A program made the translations under genes and the position numbers. Positions 8,820-20,489 of a stretch of DNA of 64,000 bases are shown piece by piece. The DNA is from Alphaproteobacteria bacterium (GTDB lineage Bacteria > Pseudomonadota > Alphaproteobacteria > Bin95): NCBI GenBank assembly GCA_964291285.2, contig OZ219787.1, positions 1,216,001 through 1,280,000 on the forward strand, in the 5' to 3' direction. The notes beneath the pieces are model-generated. The model was not told where the DNA came from, searched no databases, and worked only from the letters and a program-made list of their open reading frames with translations. How positions within the stretch are numbered: the first letter of the stretch is position 1; the number at the start of each line of letters is the position of its first letter.

Positions 8820-9791
8820 ATGGCACTGCTGAACGCGATACTGCGCCGGACCGGGCTCGGCATCGCGACATTGTTCGTTGTGTCGGTGCTGATCTTCATC
8901 GGCACCAGCATCCTGCCGGGCGATGTCGCCAACATCATCCTCGGCCAGATGGCGACGCCGGAATCCCTGGCGGCGCTCCGGGCCAAGCTCGGCCTGGATG
9001 AGCCGGCGCATGTCCGGTACTTCATCTGGCTGAGCGACCTGCTGACCGGAGACCTCGGTTTTTCGAAGGCCGGCGCCGGCGCCGGGACCATCGGCACCCC
9101 GATCTCCGACATGCTGATGCCGCGCCTGGTCAACACGCTGCGCCTGGCCACCGCCGTTGCTGTGGTCGCTGTCCCGTTCGCGGTGACGATAGGCCTGCTG
9201 GCCGCCATGTACCCCGGCACGAAGCTCGACCGCGCGGTCACCTTCACCACGCTCGGGCTTATCTCCGTGCCGGAATTCCTCGTCGCCACCCTGCTGGTGC
9301 TGGTGGTGGCGGTCCAGCTTGGCTGGCTACCCGCCACCGCCTATATCAGCGGGCAGGAGACCGGGATGAAGCTGGTCCGGGCGCTGGCGATGCCGGCGCT
9401 CACCCTGATTATCGTGGCGTCCTCGCAGATCATGCGCATGACGCGGGCCACGGTGCTCAACGTCATGAGTTCCCCCTATATCGAGATGGCGATCCTGAAG
9501 GGGGTCCCGCGCAAGCGGATCATCCTGCGCCATGCGCTGTTCAACGCCATCGGGCCCATCGCCAATGTCATTGCGCTCAACCTCGCCTATCTCGTGAGCG
9601 GGGTGGTCATCGTCGAGACGGTCTTCGCCTATCCGGGGCTGGCGAAGCTCATGATCGACGCCGTGCAGACGCGGGACCTGCCGCTGGTGCAGGCCTGCGC
9701 CATGATCTTCTGTGCGACCTACATCGTGCTGATCTTCATCGCGGACATGGTGTCGATCCTGTCCAATCCCCGCCTGCGGCACCCGAGATAG
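8820..9791 (+). CDS. ABC transporter permease (DppB-like)
   Basis: LPGD, YIEMAILKG EAA-like loop, VETVFAYPG, RDLPLVQ. Confidence 0.93.
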   Translation: MALLNAILRRTGLGIATLFVVSVLIFIGTSILPGDVANIILGQMATPESLAALRAKLGLDEPAHVRYFIWLSDLLTGDLGFSKAGAGAGTIGTPISDMLMPRLVNTLRLATAVAVVAVPFAVTIGLLAAMYPGTKLDRAVTFTTLGLISVPEFLVATLLVLVVAVQLGWLPATAYISGQETGMKLVRALAMPALTLIIVASSQIMRMTRATVLNVMSSPYIEMAILKGVPRKRIILRHALFNAIGPIANVIALNLAYLVSGVVIVETVFAYPGLAKLMIDAVQTRDLPLVQACAMIFCATYIVLIFIADMVSILSNPRLRHPR

Positions 9792-9801
9792 AGGCAGTTA
9801 T

Positions 9802-10737
9802 ATGGCTGACAGCGTCGACAAGACCGGAACCGGGGCCACCTTCGAGGAGCTGCCCGACGCGCCGCCGCGGCGGCGGCTCCGGCTCTCCTGGAGCGGTAAG
9901 CTCGGGGTCTGCGTCGTCGCCTTCTGGATGGCCATCGTCTTCATCGGGCCGTCGATCTCGCCCTATCACGAGGCCGATATCCTGGACGAGGCGCTGTTCA
10001 TCGTGCCGGGCAGCGACAATCCCTATCCCGAGACGGACTACCAGCCGCCAAGTTCGGTCGCGTGGCTCGGCACCGACTATCTCGGCCGCGACACTCTCTC
10101 CCGAACGCTGTACGGCGCGCGCACGACCATCGGCATCTCGCTTGCTTCGACCTTGCTCGCCTATCTCGTGGGCGTCACGCTCGGCATCGCGGCGGCAGTG
10201 GGCGGAACCGTCATGGATTCCGCGCTCAGCCGGTTCAACGACGCCATATTGTCGATCCCGAGCATCATGCTGGCGCTGGTGGTGATCGCCGCCATAGGCA
10301 GCACCATCCCCATACTGATCGTGCTGACCGGGCTCATATACGCTTCCACCGTGTTCCGGATAGCGCGGTCGCTCGGGCTGGACGTGAAGGTCAGCGACTT
10401 CGTCGAGGCGGCGCGGGTGCGCGGCGAGGGCCTGTGGTGGATCGTCACCCGCGAAATCCTGCCCAATGTCGCCATGCCGATGGCGACCGATTTCGGGCTG
10501 CGCTTCGTCTATGTCATCCTCTTCATCTCGAGCCTGAGCTTCCTCGGCCTCGGCGTGCAGCCGCCCCAGTCCGACTGGGGCAGCATGGTTCGGGAGAGCC
10601 TCTCCGGACTTCCCTACGGCTCCATCGCGCCGCTGGTGCCGGCGCTCGCGATCGCCACCCTCACAATCGCCATCAACCTCATTGTGGACGATGTCTCCGC
10701 GCATGCCGGCGGGCGGCTGGCGAAGAGGATGATCTGA
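9802..10737 (+). CDS. ABC transporter permease (DppC-like)
   Basis: LGTDYLGRD, FVEAARVRG, LSFLGLG...PP..DWG. Confidence 0.93.
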   Translation: MADSVDKTGTGATFEELPDAPPRRRLRLSWSGKLGVCVVAFWMAIVFIGPSISPYHEADILDEALFIVPGSDNPYPETDYQPPSSVAWLGTDYLGRDTLSRTLYGARTTIGISLASTLLAYLVGVTLGIAAAVGGTVMDSALSRFNDAILSIPSIMLALVVIAAIGSTIPILIVLTGLIYASTVFRIARSLGLDVKVSDFVEAARVRGEGLWWIVTREILPNVAMPMATDFGLRFVYVILFISSLSFLGLGVQPPQSDWGSMVRESLSGLPYGSIAPLVPALAIATLTIAINLIVDDVSAHAGGRLAKRMI

Positions 10738-12566
10738 TGGCGGCACTTCTTGAAGTCGACGGCCTGACGATCGACGCGCGCAAGGATGACGGCAGCCTCG
10801 CGCCCATCGTCAAGGGCGTGAGCTTCGGCATCGAGCGGGGCGAGGTGGTGGCGCTCATCGGCGAGTCCGGCTCGGGCAAGACCACCATCGCCCTCTCGGC
10901 GCTCGGATACTCGAAGCCCGGCCTGGAGTTCACCGGCGGCGAGGTCCGCCTGGACGGCCGCGACGTGGTCACCATGCCGCCGGACGAGAAGCGCGACATG
11001 CGCGGCCAGCGCGTCGCCTATCTCGCCCAGAGCGCGGCCGCCACCTTCAACCCGGCGCTCACCATCGGCGAGCAGGTGACCGAGTCCTCCGTCCTCCACG
11101 GGCAGATGACCCGCGAGGAGGCGGAGGAGCGGGCCGAGGAGCTTTACAGGGCGCTGGAGCTGCCGGACCCGGACCGTCTCGGCAGGCGCTATCCCCACCA
11201 GGTGTCAGGCGGGCAGTTGCAGCGGCTCATGGCGGCCATGGCGCTCTGCGGCAGGCCGGACCTGCTGATTCTGGACGAACCGACCACCGCCCTCGATGTC
11301 ACGACCCAGATCGAGGTGCTCAAGGCGTTCAAGTCCGTCATCAAGCGCGAAGGGGCGGCGGCACTCTACGTCACCCACGACCTCTCCGTCGTCGCCCAGA
11401 TCGCGGACCGCATCGTCGTCCTCTACGCGGGCGACATACTGGAGCACGGGGACGCCGACCAGGTCATCAACCGGCCGGCGCACGACTATACGCGCCGGCT
11501 GATGGCGGCCGTGCGCCCGCCTCCGGCCGCAGGCCAGGGCGACGAGGCGCTGGCCGAGCATTTGCGGGACAGTCCCGCCATCGAGGTGAAGGGCATCAAT
11601 GCGGGCTACGGCCGGCGCATGGACGGCTCCGTGACCGTCAAAGTGCTGCGCGATGTCAACCTGACCGTGCAGCGGGGCCACACGGTCGGCATCATCGGCG
11701 AGTCGGGCTGCGGCAAGTCCACCCTCGCCCGGGTCATGTCCGGCCTGCTGCCCGCCGTCGAGGGCGAGATATTGCTGGACGGCGAGCCGCTCCGGCCGGG
11801 CCTCCAGCAGCGGGCGCGCAGCGAACTTCAGAAAATCCAGTTCGTGTTCCAGATGGCCGATGTCGCGCTCAATCCGCGCCAGAGGATCGGCAGCATTCTC
11901 GGACGCCCGCTGGAGTTCTATTTCGGCCTCCGCGGGAAGGAGAGGCGCCAGCGCATCAGCGAGCTGCTGCAGATGGTGGAATTGCCGGTGGAATTCGCCG
12001 GGCGCTATCCCGAGGAGCTTTCCGGCGGACAGAAGCAGCGGGTCAACCTCGCCCGCGCGCTGGCGGCGTCGCCCGAAGTGCTGCTCTGCGACGAGGTGAT
12101 TTCCGCGCTCGACACCATCGTCGGGGCGAATGTCATCGAGCTCCTCAAGCGGCTCAGGCGGCAGAGCGGCGTGTCCTTCGTGTTCATCAGCCACGACCTT
12201 TCCACCGTCGCGTCCTTCGCCGACGACATCGTCGTGCTCTATGCCGGGCGGGTGGTGGAGCAGGGGCCGACCGACCGCGTGCTCTCGCCCCCTTACCACC
12301 CCTATACCCGCCTGCTGATCGCCTCGGTCCCTGAGCTTCGCATCGGCTGGCTGGAAGAGACGATGGAGAGCCAGGAGGCGCAGGCGGGCATCGACCGCGT
12401 CGTCACGATGACGGATACAGGCTGCCCCTTCTTCGACCGCTGCCCGATCGCCATCGAGGGCACCTGCGACCGTGAAACGCCGCCCGTCCGCCGTCTTGGC
12501 AGCCGACACGCCATCGAATGCCACCGCACGGAGGCGGAATTCGTGGAGGGGATGCCGGCGGGCTGA
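10737..12566 (+). CDS. ABC transporter ATP-binding protein (fused DppD/DppF)
   Basis: Two Walker A motifs ([16 protein letters not shown]), two SGGQ signatures; ATG overlaps the upstream TGA. Confidence 0.93.
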   Translation: MAALLEVDGLTIDARKDDGSLAPIVKGVSFGIERGEVVALIGESGSGKTTIALSALGYSKPGLEFTGGEVRLDGRDVVTMPPDEKRDMRGQRVAYLAQSAAATFNPALTIGEQVTESSVLHGQMTREEAEERAEELYRALELPDPDRLGRRYPHQVSGGQLQRLMAAMALCGRPDLLILDEPTTALDVTTQIEVLKAFKSVIKREGAAALYVTHDLSVVAQIADRIVVLYAGDILEHGDADQVINRPAHDYTRRLMAAVRPPPAAGQGDEALAEHLRDSPAIEVKGINAGYGRRMDGSVTVKVLRDVNLTVQRGHTVGIIGESGCGKSTLARVMSGLLPAVEGEILLDGEPLRPGLQQRARSELQKIQFVFQMADVALNPRQRIGSILGRPLEFYFGLRGKERRQRISELLQMVELPVEFAGRYPEELSGGQKQRVNLARALAASPEVLLCDEVISALDTIVGANVIELLKRLRRQSGVSFVFISHDLSTVASFADDIVVLYAGRVVEQGPTDRVLSPPYHPYTRLLIASVPELRIGWLEETMESQEAQAGIDRVVTMTDTGCPFFDRCPIAIEGTCDRETPPVRRLGSRHAIECHRTEAEFVEGMPAG

Positions 12567-12581
12567 CCGTTCCGCCCGGCC

Positions 12582-14144
12582 TTAATCCTCTGTTGCAGCC
12601 CTTCGAGAAGCCAGAAAGCGCTTCACTTCCGCTGGCCTGACTGCGCCGAGGCCGAGCGCCGCAAGCGTGAACACGACGAAGCCGCCGATGCAGAGCGCCG
12701 CGAGCGCCCCGATGCGCAGGGACTCGCCGCCCGCGAGCCACGGACCCAGCGCTTCGAGCCCGCCGAGAAGCGCCGCCGCCATGACGATGGACGCGCCTGC
12801 TGCGCGCGGCAGGCGGGAAAGAAGACGTCGGTCCGCTTCGCAATGGCCGCAGCGGCGCAGCATCGCCCACAGGAGGCCCGCATTCGCCCAGGCGGCGGCG
12901 CTCGTCGCCGCGGCGATGCCGACATGGCCGATGGTGCGGTAGAGCGCCAGGCTGAGGCCGGTGTTGAGCACCACGACGACAACCGTGATCCGGAACGGGG
13001 TACGCATGTCCCCGCGGGCGAAGAATCCCGGCTGCAGAACCCGCACCAGCACGAAGGCGGGCAGGCCGGCCGCGAAGGCGGCGATGGCGGCCGCGGTCGC
13101 CTCCGTGTCCGCCGCCGTGAACGCGCCGCGCTCGAACAGCACGCCGGCGACCGCCCCGGGCATGGCGATGAGCGCGGCGGCGGCCGGCAGCGCCAGCAGC
13201 ATCGCCACCTCGACCGCCCGGTTCATCTCGTCGGCGGCCCCCGCGCTGTCGCCGGCCTCGAGCGTGCGGGTGAGGCGCGGCAGCAGCGCCGTGCCGAGCG
13301 CAATGCCGACCACGCCGAGCGGCAGCTGGTAGATGCGGTCGGCATAGTGCAGCCAGGCGACGGCCCCGGTCGGCAGCAGCGAGGCGATCATCGTGCCGAT
13401 CAGCAGGTTGATCTGGAGCGCGCCGGCGGACAGCGTGCCCGGAACCAGCTGGCGCAGCAGCCGGCGGACATCGCGCGTGAGCCGGGGTGCGCGCAGCCGG
13501 AGCCTGAGCCGCGCCCGGCGCATGTCCCAGAGGATCAGCGCCAGCTGCCCGAAGCCTGCAAGGCAGACGCCGATGGCGAGCGCCAGCCCCGGCGCGCCGG
13601 TCCAGAACGCCGACACGGCGAGCGCGCCGATCAGCACGACATTCAGCAGGATCGGCGCGGCCGACGGCACGGCGAAGCGGTAGAAGCTGTTCAGTATGCC
13701 GGCGAAGAAGGCCAGCAGCGCCATGCAGAGCAGGTAGGGGAAGGTCAACCGCGAGAACAGCACGGCGGGTCCGAACCGTTCCGGCTGGTCGAGGAAGCCC
13801 GGCGCCAGCACCGCGACCAGGATCGGCATGAAGGCTTCGGCGAGCGCGGTGAACACGAGCAGCGCCGCGAACAGTGCCGCCAGCACCTCCTCGCCGAAAG
13901 CGAGCGCCGCCTTGCGCCCGTCCTGCTGGAGCCGGCCGGAGAACATCGGCACGAAGGCCGCGGCGAAGGCGCCCTCGGCGAACAGGCGGCGGAACAGGTT
14001 GGGCAGGCGGAAGGCGACCAGGAAGGCATCCGCTATGGGGCCGGCGCCGAGCAGGGCGGCGAAGGCGAGGTCGCGCACGAAGCCCAGCACCCGGCTTGCC
14101 ATCGTGTAGCCGCCGACGGTCGCGGCGGCGCGCAGGAGCGCCAT
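12582..14144 (-). CDS. murJ: Lipid II flippase MurJ/MviN
   Basis: SRVLGFVRD, PNLFRRLFAEGA, YADRIYQLPLG. Confidence 0.96.
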   Translation of the reverse strand: MALLRAAATVGGYTMASRVLGFVRDLAFAALLGAGPIADAFLVAFRLPNLFRRLFAEGAFAAAFVPMFSGRLQQDGRKAALAFGEEVLAALFAALLVFTALAEAFMPILVAVLAPGFLDQPERFGPAVLFSRLTFPYLLCMALLAFFAGILNSFYRFAVPSAAPILLNVVLIGALAVSAFWTGAPGLALAIGVCLAGFGQLALILWDMRRARLRLRLRAPRLTRDVRRLLRQLVPGTLSAGALQINLLIGTMIASLLPTGAVAWLHYADRIYQLPLGVVGIALGTALLPRLTRTLEAGDSAGAADEMNRAVEVAMLLALPAAAALIAMPGAVAGVLFERGAFTAADTEATAAAIAAFAAGLPAFVLVRVLQPGFFARGDMRTPFRITVVVVVLNTGLSLALYRTIGHVGIAAATSAAAWANAGLLWAMLRRCGHCEADRRLLSRLPRAAGASIVMAAALLGGLEALGPWLAGGESLRIGALAALCIGGFVVFTLAALGLGAVRPAEVKRFLASRRAATED

Positions 14145-14153
14145 CGCCAGCCC

Positions 14154-16895
14154 TCAGCCGGTTTCGTCCGGGCCCGCTACCGCCTGGAGCAATGTCTCGT
14201 GCACGCGGGCGAGCTTGCCGTCATGGACGACTTTCAGCCCGAACACGTCCTTCACGTAGAACACGTCGACCACCCGTTCGCCATAGGTGGCGATGCGCGC
14301 CGTGGTGATCCGCAGGCTGAGGTCCGTGAGCGCGCGCGCCACGTCGAACAGGAAGCCCGGGCGGTCGCGACCGTTGACCTCGACCACGGTGTGGGTGGCC
14401 GACGCGCGGTTGTCGATCAGCACGCGCGGCGGCACGGTGAATACGGCGGTGCGCGAGGGCCAGCCGCGCCGCCGCCGGACCTCGTGCCGGAGGTCGATTT
14501 CGCCCCCCAGCGCTTCCCGCACCCGGCGCTCCAGCGCCTGCAGCTGGCGCGTGCCGGTCACCGCCTGGGCCTCGGCGTCCTGGACCTGGAAGGTGTCGAT
14601 GGCGATCCCGTTCGCGAAGGTGAAGACCCGGGCCTCGACGACGCTCATGCCGGAGGCCGCGAGCGCGCCGGCGAAACGCGAGAACAGGCCCGGATGGTCG
14701 TGCGCGCAGAACACCACCTCGGTGACCGCGCGGCTCTCGTCGATGCGCGCCTTCACCGAGAGCGCCGAGGGGTCGTCGCGGACCTCCGCGATCATGCCGG
14801 CGTGATGCACCAGCGTGTCGCGGTCCCAGGCGAGCCAGTAGCTGGCGGGCGCGGCCTCGGCGAACTCCGCGAAAACCTCGTCGGACCAGCCGGAGAGCGC
14901 GGTGCGAAGCTCGTCCTGTGCTTCCCGCACCCGCTCGGCGGCGGCGAGGCGGACATCGCCGCCGGCCAGCAACTCCTCGGTCTTGAAATAGAGCTCGCGC
15001 AGCAGCGCGGCCTTCCAGGCGTTCCAGACATTGGGGCCGACCGCGCGGATGTCGGCGACCGTCAGCACCAGCAGCAGGCGCAGCCGCTCCGGCGACTGCA
15101 CCAGGTCGGCGAAGTCGGCGATGGCGCTGGCGTCGTTCAGGTCGAGCTTGAAGGCGGCAGCGCTCATCGCGAGATGGTGGCGCACCAGCCATGACACCGT
15201 TTCGGTCTCCTCCGCGCTCAGGCCCAGTTCCGGCCCGAGCCGCAAGGCGTCCTCCGCGCCCAGGACCGAATGGTCGCCGCCACGCCCCTTGGCGATGTCG
15301 TGCATGAAGACGGCGAGGTAGAGCGCCCGGCGCGAGAGCACCTTGTGGACGACCTCGGAGGCGACCGGGGCCTCGTCCCGGAACTCGCCCTGCTCGATGC
15401 GGTGCAAGATGCCGATGGCCCGGATGGTGTGCTCGTCCACCGTGTAGGTGTGGTACATGTCGTATTGCATCTGCGCCACGACCCGCCCGAACACCGGGAT
15501 CAGGCGGCCGAGCACGCCGGCCTCGTTCATCCGCCGGAGCGTAACGTCCGGCGCTTTCTCCGAGGTCATCATGTCCAGGAACAGCCCGGCGGCCTCCGGC
15601 CGGCGGTGGAAGCCGGAATCGATCCGGTGCAGGTTCCGCGTCACCTGGCGGAGCGCCGCCGGATGGATGTCCAGCTCGTGGTGCTGCGCCTCGTGGAACA
15701 GCCGCAGCATGGCGGCCGGGTCTTCGGCGAAGGCGTCCTCGTGCGCAAGGTTGAGCCAGCCGCCCTCGGCGGTGAACGGCCCCATCTGCCTGTCGCGGGT
15801 CAGCAGCCGCGAGATCGAGAACAGTGGCCGGCGGCGGTGTTCGTCCTCCAGCGCGGCGCAGAAGATGCGCGTCAGGTCGCCCACCTTCTTCGCCTCCAGG
15901 TAATAGTGCTTCATGAAGCGCTCGACGGGACGCGCGCCGGCGCGGCTGCGGTAGCCGAGGCGCGCGGCGATCTCCGGCTGGAGGTCGAAGGTCAGCCGCT
16001 CCTCGGCCCGCCCGGCCAGATAGTGCAGATGGCACCGGACGGTGGAGAGGAAGCGCTCCGCGCGCACGAAGGCCGCAAGCTCGGCGGGCGAGAACACGCC
16101 CTTCGCCGCCAGTTCGCCCACCTCGTCCACCCGGTAGAGATATTTGGCGATCCAGTAGAGGGTGTGGAGGTCGCGCAGCCCGCCCTTGCCCTCCTTGACG
16201 TTCGGCTCGACGACATAGCGGCTGTCGCCGAAGCGCAGATGCCGTTCGTCGCGCTCGGCCAGCTTGCGCTCGGCGAATTCGGGGCCGGTCTTCCTGACCA
16301 GCTCGTCGGCGAAGCGGGTGCGGAACTCCTCGTAAATCCCGGCTTCGCCCCACAGGAAGCGCGTCTCCAGCAGGCTCGTGCAGATCGTGGTGTCCCGGCC
16401 GGCGAGGCGCAGGCACTCCTCGACCGAACGGGTGGCGTGGCCGACTTTGAGGCCCGTGTCCCAGAGCAGCAGCAGCACATATTCGACGATCTGCTCGACC
16501 CTCGGCGTGACCTTCCAGGGCAGCAGGAACAGCAGGTCGAGGTCCGAATAGGGTGCGAGGCTGCCGCGCCCGTAGCCGCCCTGGGCCGCCAGCGCGAAGC
16601 GGTCGCCGGTGGTGGGGTTCGCGGCCGGGAACACCGTTCCGGCCACGAAGTCGAACAGGCCGCCCGCGATCCGGTCCATGGCGGCGGAGAGGTGGCTCAT
16701 TGCGGCATCGGCCGGCTGCCCGGCCTCGAAGGCGGCGCGCACGGCTCCCCGCGCCTCCTCCACGCCCTCCTTCAGGATGGCGAGCGCGTGCGCCCGGTCG
16801 GGGCGCGTCTCGGAGCCCAGCGCATCGAGCCGGGCAACCGTCCGCGCCGCCTGCCGGGCGCTCTCCCCGGCAAATTGCAGGCCGGTTCCGTCCAC
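14154..16895 (-). CDS. glnD: [Protein-PII] uridylyltransferase
   Basis: GGYGRG..APYSDLD, EPNVKEGKGGLRD, HD domain, two ACT domains. Confidence 0.96.
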   Translation of the reverse strand: MDGTGLQFAGESARQAARTVARLDALGSETRPDRAHALAILKEGVEEARGAVRAAFEAGQPADAAMSHLSAAMDRIAGGLFDFVAGTVFPAANPTTGDRFALAAQGGYGRGSLAPYSDLDLLFLLPWKVTPRVEQIVEYVLLLLWDTGLKVGHATRSVEECLRLAGRDTTICTSLLETRFLWGEAGIYEEFRTRFADELVRKTGPEFAERKLAERDERHLRFGDSRYVVEPNVKEGKGGLRDLHTLYWIAKYLYRVDEVGELAAKGVFSPAELAAFVRAERFLSTVRCHLHYLAGRAEERLTFDLQPEIAARLGYRSRAGARPVERFMKHYYLEAKKVGDLTRIFCAALEDEHRRRPLFSISRLLTRDRQMGPFTAEGGWLNLAHEDAFAEDPAAMLRLFHEAQHHELDIHPAALRQVTRNLHRIDSGFHRRPEAAGLFLDMMTSEKAPDVTLRRMNEAGVLGRLIPVFGRVVAQMQYDMYHTYTVDEHTIRAIGILHRIEQGEFRDEAPVASEVVHKVLSRRALYLAVFMHDIAKGRGGDHSVLGAEDALRLGPELGLSAEETETVSWLVRHHLAMSAAAFKLDLNDASAIADFADLVQSPERLRLLLVLTVADIRAVGPNVWNAWKAALLRELYFKTEELLAGGDVRLAAAERVREAQDELRTALSGWSDEVFAEFAEAAPASYWLAWDRDTLVHHAGMIAEVRDDPSALSVKARIDESRAVTEVVFCAHDHPGLFSRFAGALAASGMSVVEARVFTFANGIAIDTFQVQDAEAQAVTGTRQLQALERRVREALGGEIDLRHEVRRRRGWPSRTAVFTVPPRVLIDNRASATHTVVEVNGRDRPGFLFDVARALTDLSLRITTARIATYGERVVDVFYVKDVFGLKVVHDGKLARVHETLLQAVAGPDETG

Positions 16896-16992
16896 GCGCC
16901 TTGCCCCCGCTGCCGCCAGGCGCGACCATGGGCGGCACGGCGCGGCCCGTCAAGGCGGCGGGTGGCGCCGGATGCAGCCATGGGAGGGGCTT

Positions 16993-17613
16993 ATGGGCAA
17001 CGGGATTCTGGCGGTGTGGACGGACTGCGCCGCGGACGGTGAGGCGGATTTCAACGAGTGGTACAACCGCGAGCACCTGCCGGAGCGGGTGGGCGTGCCG
17101 GGCTTCCTCAAGGGCGTGCGCTACCGCGCGGTCGAGGCCGACCGGGGCTATTTCACCTGGTACCGGACCGAGACCGTCGGCGTGCTGGCGTCGAAAGCCT
17201 ACCGCGACCGCCTGAACGACCCGACCGCGTGGACGGAGCGGGTGATGCATGTCTTCCGCAACACGATCCGCTCGGCGATGACGGTCGAGGGCGAGACGGG
17301 CGAGGCGTCCACAGGCGCCTGGGCGGCGGTGCTGCGCGCCGGCGGGGAGCTGGGCGCGGTCGATCTGGAGGCGCTCGCCGCCGGCGAGGAGGCCTTGAGC
17401 GCGATGCGCTGGCATCTCGACATGGCGGCGACGGGCAGCCCGACGGTGGAGGCCTCGATCCGCGGGCCGGACACGCAGGCGGCGCGGGCGGTGCTGGTGC
17501 AGACGACGACGGAAGCGGCGGCGCGGCGCGCGGCGGAGGCGCTGGCCGGCCACGGCGAGGTCGGTGTCTATGCGCTGATGGCGGTGCTCGCGACCGAAGA
17601 CCTGGCGGGCTGA
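16993..17613 (+). CDS. Hypothetical protein, DUF4286/EthD-like dimeric alpha-beta barrel
   Basis: FNEWYNREHLPER..VPGF motif; GGAGG RBS before ATG 16993. Confidence 0.7.
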   Translation: MGNGILAVWTDCAADGEADFNEWYNREHLPERVGVPGFLKGVRYRAVEADRGYFTWYRTETVGVLASKAYRDRLNDPTAWTERVMHVFRNTIRSAMTVEGETGEASTGAWAAVLRAGGELGAVDLEALAAGEEALSAMRWHLDMAATGSPTVEASIRGPDTQAARAVLVQTTTEAAARRAAEALAGHGEVGVYALMAVLATEDLAG

Positions 17614-17620
17614 CGCACAT

Positions 17621-17696
<76 letters not shown>

Positions 17697-17815
17697 ACAC
17701 CTCGCACGCTGTCGCCTCTAGGCGGCAGCCGGGAAGCGGGGTTATGTTTCAGTGTGCGGGAGCGTGTCAAGGCCCCGCGCGACCTGCGTCCATCCACCGG
17801 AGGCGTCCGGGCCCC

Positions 17816-18115
17816 ATGAACGTCATCCTGATCCCGCTGCTCCAGCTTCTCGACATCGTGCTGGAGCTCTACCAGATCGTCCTGATCGTCTGGGTGGTGC
17901 TGAGCTGGCTGGTCTCCTTCAATGTGGTCAACACGGCCAACGGCTTCGTGCGCGGGGCGATGAACGTGCTCTGGCGGCTGACCGAACCGACGCTCCGCCC
18001 GATCCGGCGCTTCGTGCCGATGATCTCCGGGCTGGATTTTTCGCCGCTGATCCTGCTGCTCCTGATCTACTTCCTGCGCGGCGTGGTCGGCCGCATGATC
18101 TTCTCCATGGCCTGA
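17816..18115 (+). CDS. yggT: YggT family membrane protein
   Basis: [27 protein letters not shown]. Confidence 0.9.
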   Translation: MNVILIPLLQLLDIVLELYQIVLIVWVVLSWLVSFNVVNTANGFVRGAMNVLWRLTEPTLRPIRRFVPMISGLDFSPLILLLLIYFLRGVVGRMIFSMA

Positions 18116-18132
18116 GAGGGGAGGCAACCCAC

Positions 18133-19020
18133 ATGAGCGGAGCGCGCATCATCGACGGCAAGGCGCTCGCGGCGAAGCTGCGCGGGCGCGTGGCGGCGCA
18201 GGTGGCGGCGCTGGCGGGAACCGTCCGGCCCGGCCTCGCCGTGGTGCTGGTCGGCGACGACCCGGCAAGCGCCGTCTATGTCCGCAACAAGAACCGCGAG
18301 ACAGAGGCCGCCGGCATGGCCTCCTTCGAGCACAGCCTGCCCGCCGACACGCCCGAGGCGGACCTGCTGGCGCTGGTGGCGAGCCTCAACCGGGACCCGG
18401 CGGTGCACGGCATCCTGGTGCAATTGCCGCTGCCGGACGGGATCGACTCCGCCAGGGTGCTGCGCGCCATCGACCCCGCCAAGGACGTGGACGGCTTCCA
18501 CCCCGAGAATGTGGGCGCGCTCTGGACCGGCGCCCCGGCGCTCGCGCCCTGCACGCCGCGCGGCTGCATGACCATGCTGGCCGAGGTCCACCCGGACGGG
18601 CTCGTCGGCAAGCGCGCGGTCGTCGTCGGGCGCTCCAACATCGTCGGTAAGCCGATGGCGGCCCTGCTGCTCGCCCAGCACTGCACGGTGACGCTCGCCC
18701 ATTCCCGCACGCAGGACCTGCCGGGCGTCTGCCGCGGCGCGGACATTCTGGTCGCCGCGGTCGGGCGGGCGCGCATGGTCGAGGGCGGTTGGGTCAAGCC
18801 GGGCGCGACGGTGATCGATGTCGGCGTCAACCGCATACCGGCCGAGGAGGAGGGCAGGACGCGGCTCGTCGGCGATGTCGATTTCGCCGGGGCTTCCGAG
18901 GTCGCGGGCGCCATTACGCCGGTGCCGGGCGGCGTCGGCCCGATGACGATCGCCTGCCTGCTCGCCAACACCGTGACAGCGGCCTGCCGGCAGGCGGGCG
19001 TGGCGGAGCCGGAGGGCTGA
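18133..19020 (+). CDS. folD: Methylenetetrahydrofolate dehydrogenase/cyclohydrolase
   Basis: [32 protein letters not shown]. Confidence 0.97.
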   Translation: MSGARIIDGKALAAKLRGRVAAQVAALAGTVRPGLAVVLVGDDPASAVYVRNKNRETEAAGMASFEHSLPADTPEADLLALVASLNRDPAVHGILVQLPLPDGIDSARVLRAIDPAKDVDGFHPENVGALWTGAPALAPCTPRGCMTMLAEVHPDGLVGKRAVVVGRSNIVGKPMAALLLAQHCTVTLAHSRTQDLPGVCRGADILVAAVGRARMVEGGWVKPGATVIDVGVNRIPAEEEGRTRLVGDVDFAGASEVAGAITPVPGGVGPMTIACLLANTVTAACRQAGVAEPEG

Positions 19021-19028
19021 TTCCGGCT

Positions 19029-20405
19029 ATGACCGGAACCCGCGAGGGCGCGCTCGCCCGCATCCGCGAGCACTATGACGGCGGCGCGTTCATCGAGACG
19101 CTGGCGCGCCGGGTGGCGGTGCCCTCCACCAGCCAGGACCCGGCCTTCGCGCCGCATCTGTGGCGCTACCTGGAAGAGGAGGTCGCGCCGGCGGCCCGCG
19201 ACATGGGCTTCGAGGTCCGGGTGGAGCCGAACCCCGAGGAGGGCGGCGGCCCCGTCCTGACGGCGGTGCGGCAGGAGGACGAGGCGCTGCCGACTGTGCT
19301 CGTCTATGGCCACGGCGACACCGTGCTCGGCCATGAAGGCCAGTGGCGGGAGGGCCGCGACCCCTGGACGCTCGACCGCGACGGCGACCGGCTCTACGGG
19401 CGCGGCACGGTGGACAACAAGGGCCAGCACGGCATCAACCTTGCCGCGCTGGAGGCCGTGCTGGCGGAGCGCGGGCGGCTCGGCTTCAACGCGAAGCTGC
19501 TGGTCGAGACCAGCGAGGAGACCGGCTCGAAGGGCCTGCGCGCCTTCGCCGAAGCCAACCGGGAGCGGCTGGCCGCGGACGTGCTGATCGCGTCGGACGG
19601 GCCCCGCGTGGCGCCCGACCGGCCGACCGTCTATCTGGGCTCGCGCGGCGTCATCAACTTTGCGCTGGACATCGAGGCGCGCGAGGGCGGCCACCATTCC
19701 GGCAATTGGGGCGGGCTGCTCTCCAATCCGGCAACGCGGCTGGCGGGCGCCGTCGCCAGCATGGTGGACGCGCGCGGGCGCATACTGGTCGAAGGGCTGA
19801 GGCCGCCGCCCATGTCCAACGCCGTGCGCACCGCGATTGCCGATTGCGCCGTGGACGGCGGGCCGGGCGCGCCGGAGATCGACCCCGACTGGGGCGAGCC
19901 GGGCCTCACGCCCTGGGAGCGCGTCTTCGGCTGGAACGCGCTCGAGGTGCTGGCCCTGGGCGCGGGCGACGCCGAGCGGCCGGTGAACGCCATCCCGCCA
20001 GGCGCGCGGGCGGTCATCCAGATGCGCTTCGTCGCGGGCTCCGACGACGAGGCGTTCGAGGCCGCCATCCGCGCGCATCTGGACGCAAACGGCTTCGAGG
20101 ACGTGCAGGTGGCTCCCATGCGCACGACCATGAAGGCCACCCGCACGCCGCTCGACGACCCTTGGGTGCGCCGCGTCATGGCCTCGGTCGAGGAGACGCT
20201 GGGCCGGCCGCCGGCGCTGCTGCCCAATCTCGGCGGCTCGATCCCGAACGACGTGTTCACAGACGTGCTCTCCATGCCGACGGTCTGGGTGCCCCACTCC
20301 TTCGCCGGCTGCTCCCAGCACGCCCCCAACGAACACGCGCTGGCCCCCCTGCTGCGAGAAGGCCTCGAAATGATGACCGGCATCTTCTGGGACATCGGCG
20401 CGTAG
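19029..20405 (+). CDS. M20-family metallopeptidase
   Basis: YGHGD, GRGTVDNKG, EE, HSGN, QHAPNE. Confidence 0.9.
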   Translation: MTGTREGALARIREHYDGGAFIETLARRVAVPSTSQDPAFAPHLWRYLEEEVAPAARDMGFEVRVEPNPEEGGGPVLTAVRQEDEALPTVLVYGHGDTVLGHEGQWREGRDPWTLDRDGDRLYGRGTVDNKGQHGINLAALEAVLAERGRLGFNAKLLVETSEETGSKGLRAFAEANRERLAADVLIASDGPRVAPDRPTVYLGSRGVINFALDIEAREGGHHSGNWGGLLSNPATRLAGAVASMVDARGRILVEGLRPPPMSNAVRTAIADCAVDGGPGAPEIDPDWGEPGLTPWERVFGWNALEVLALGAGDAERPVNAIPPGARAVIQMRFVAGSDDEAFEAAIRAHLDANGFEDVQVAPMRTTMKATRTPLDDPWVRRVMASVEETLGRPPALLPNLGGSIPNDVFTDVLSMPTVWVPHSFAGCSQHAPNEHALAPLLREGLEMMTGIFWDIGA

Positions 20406-20489
20406 CGGGAGGCTGCGTGCTATCTTCCGGGCAAAAGGGGGATGAGCATGGTCTCTATGTCTTCAACCGAGATGAACAGGGAGGCTTAC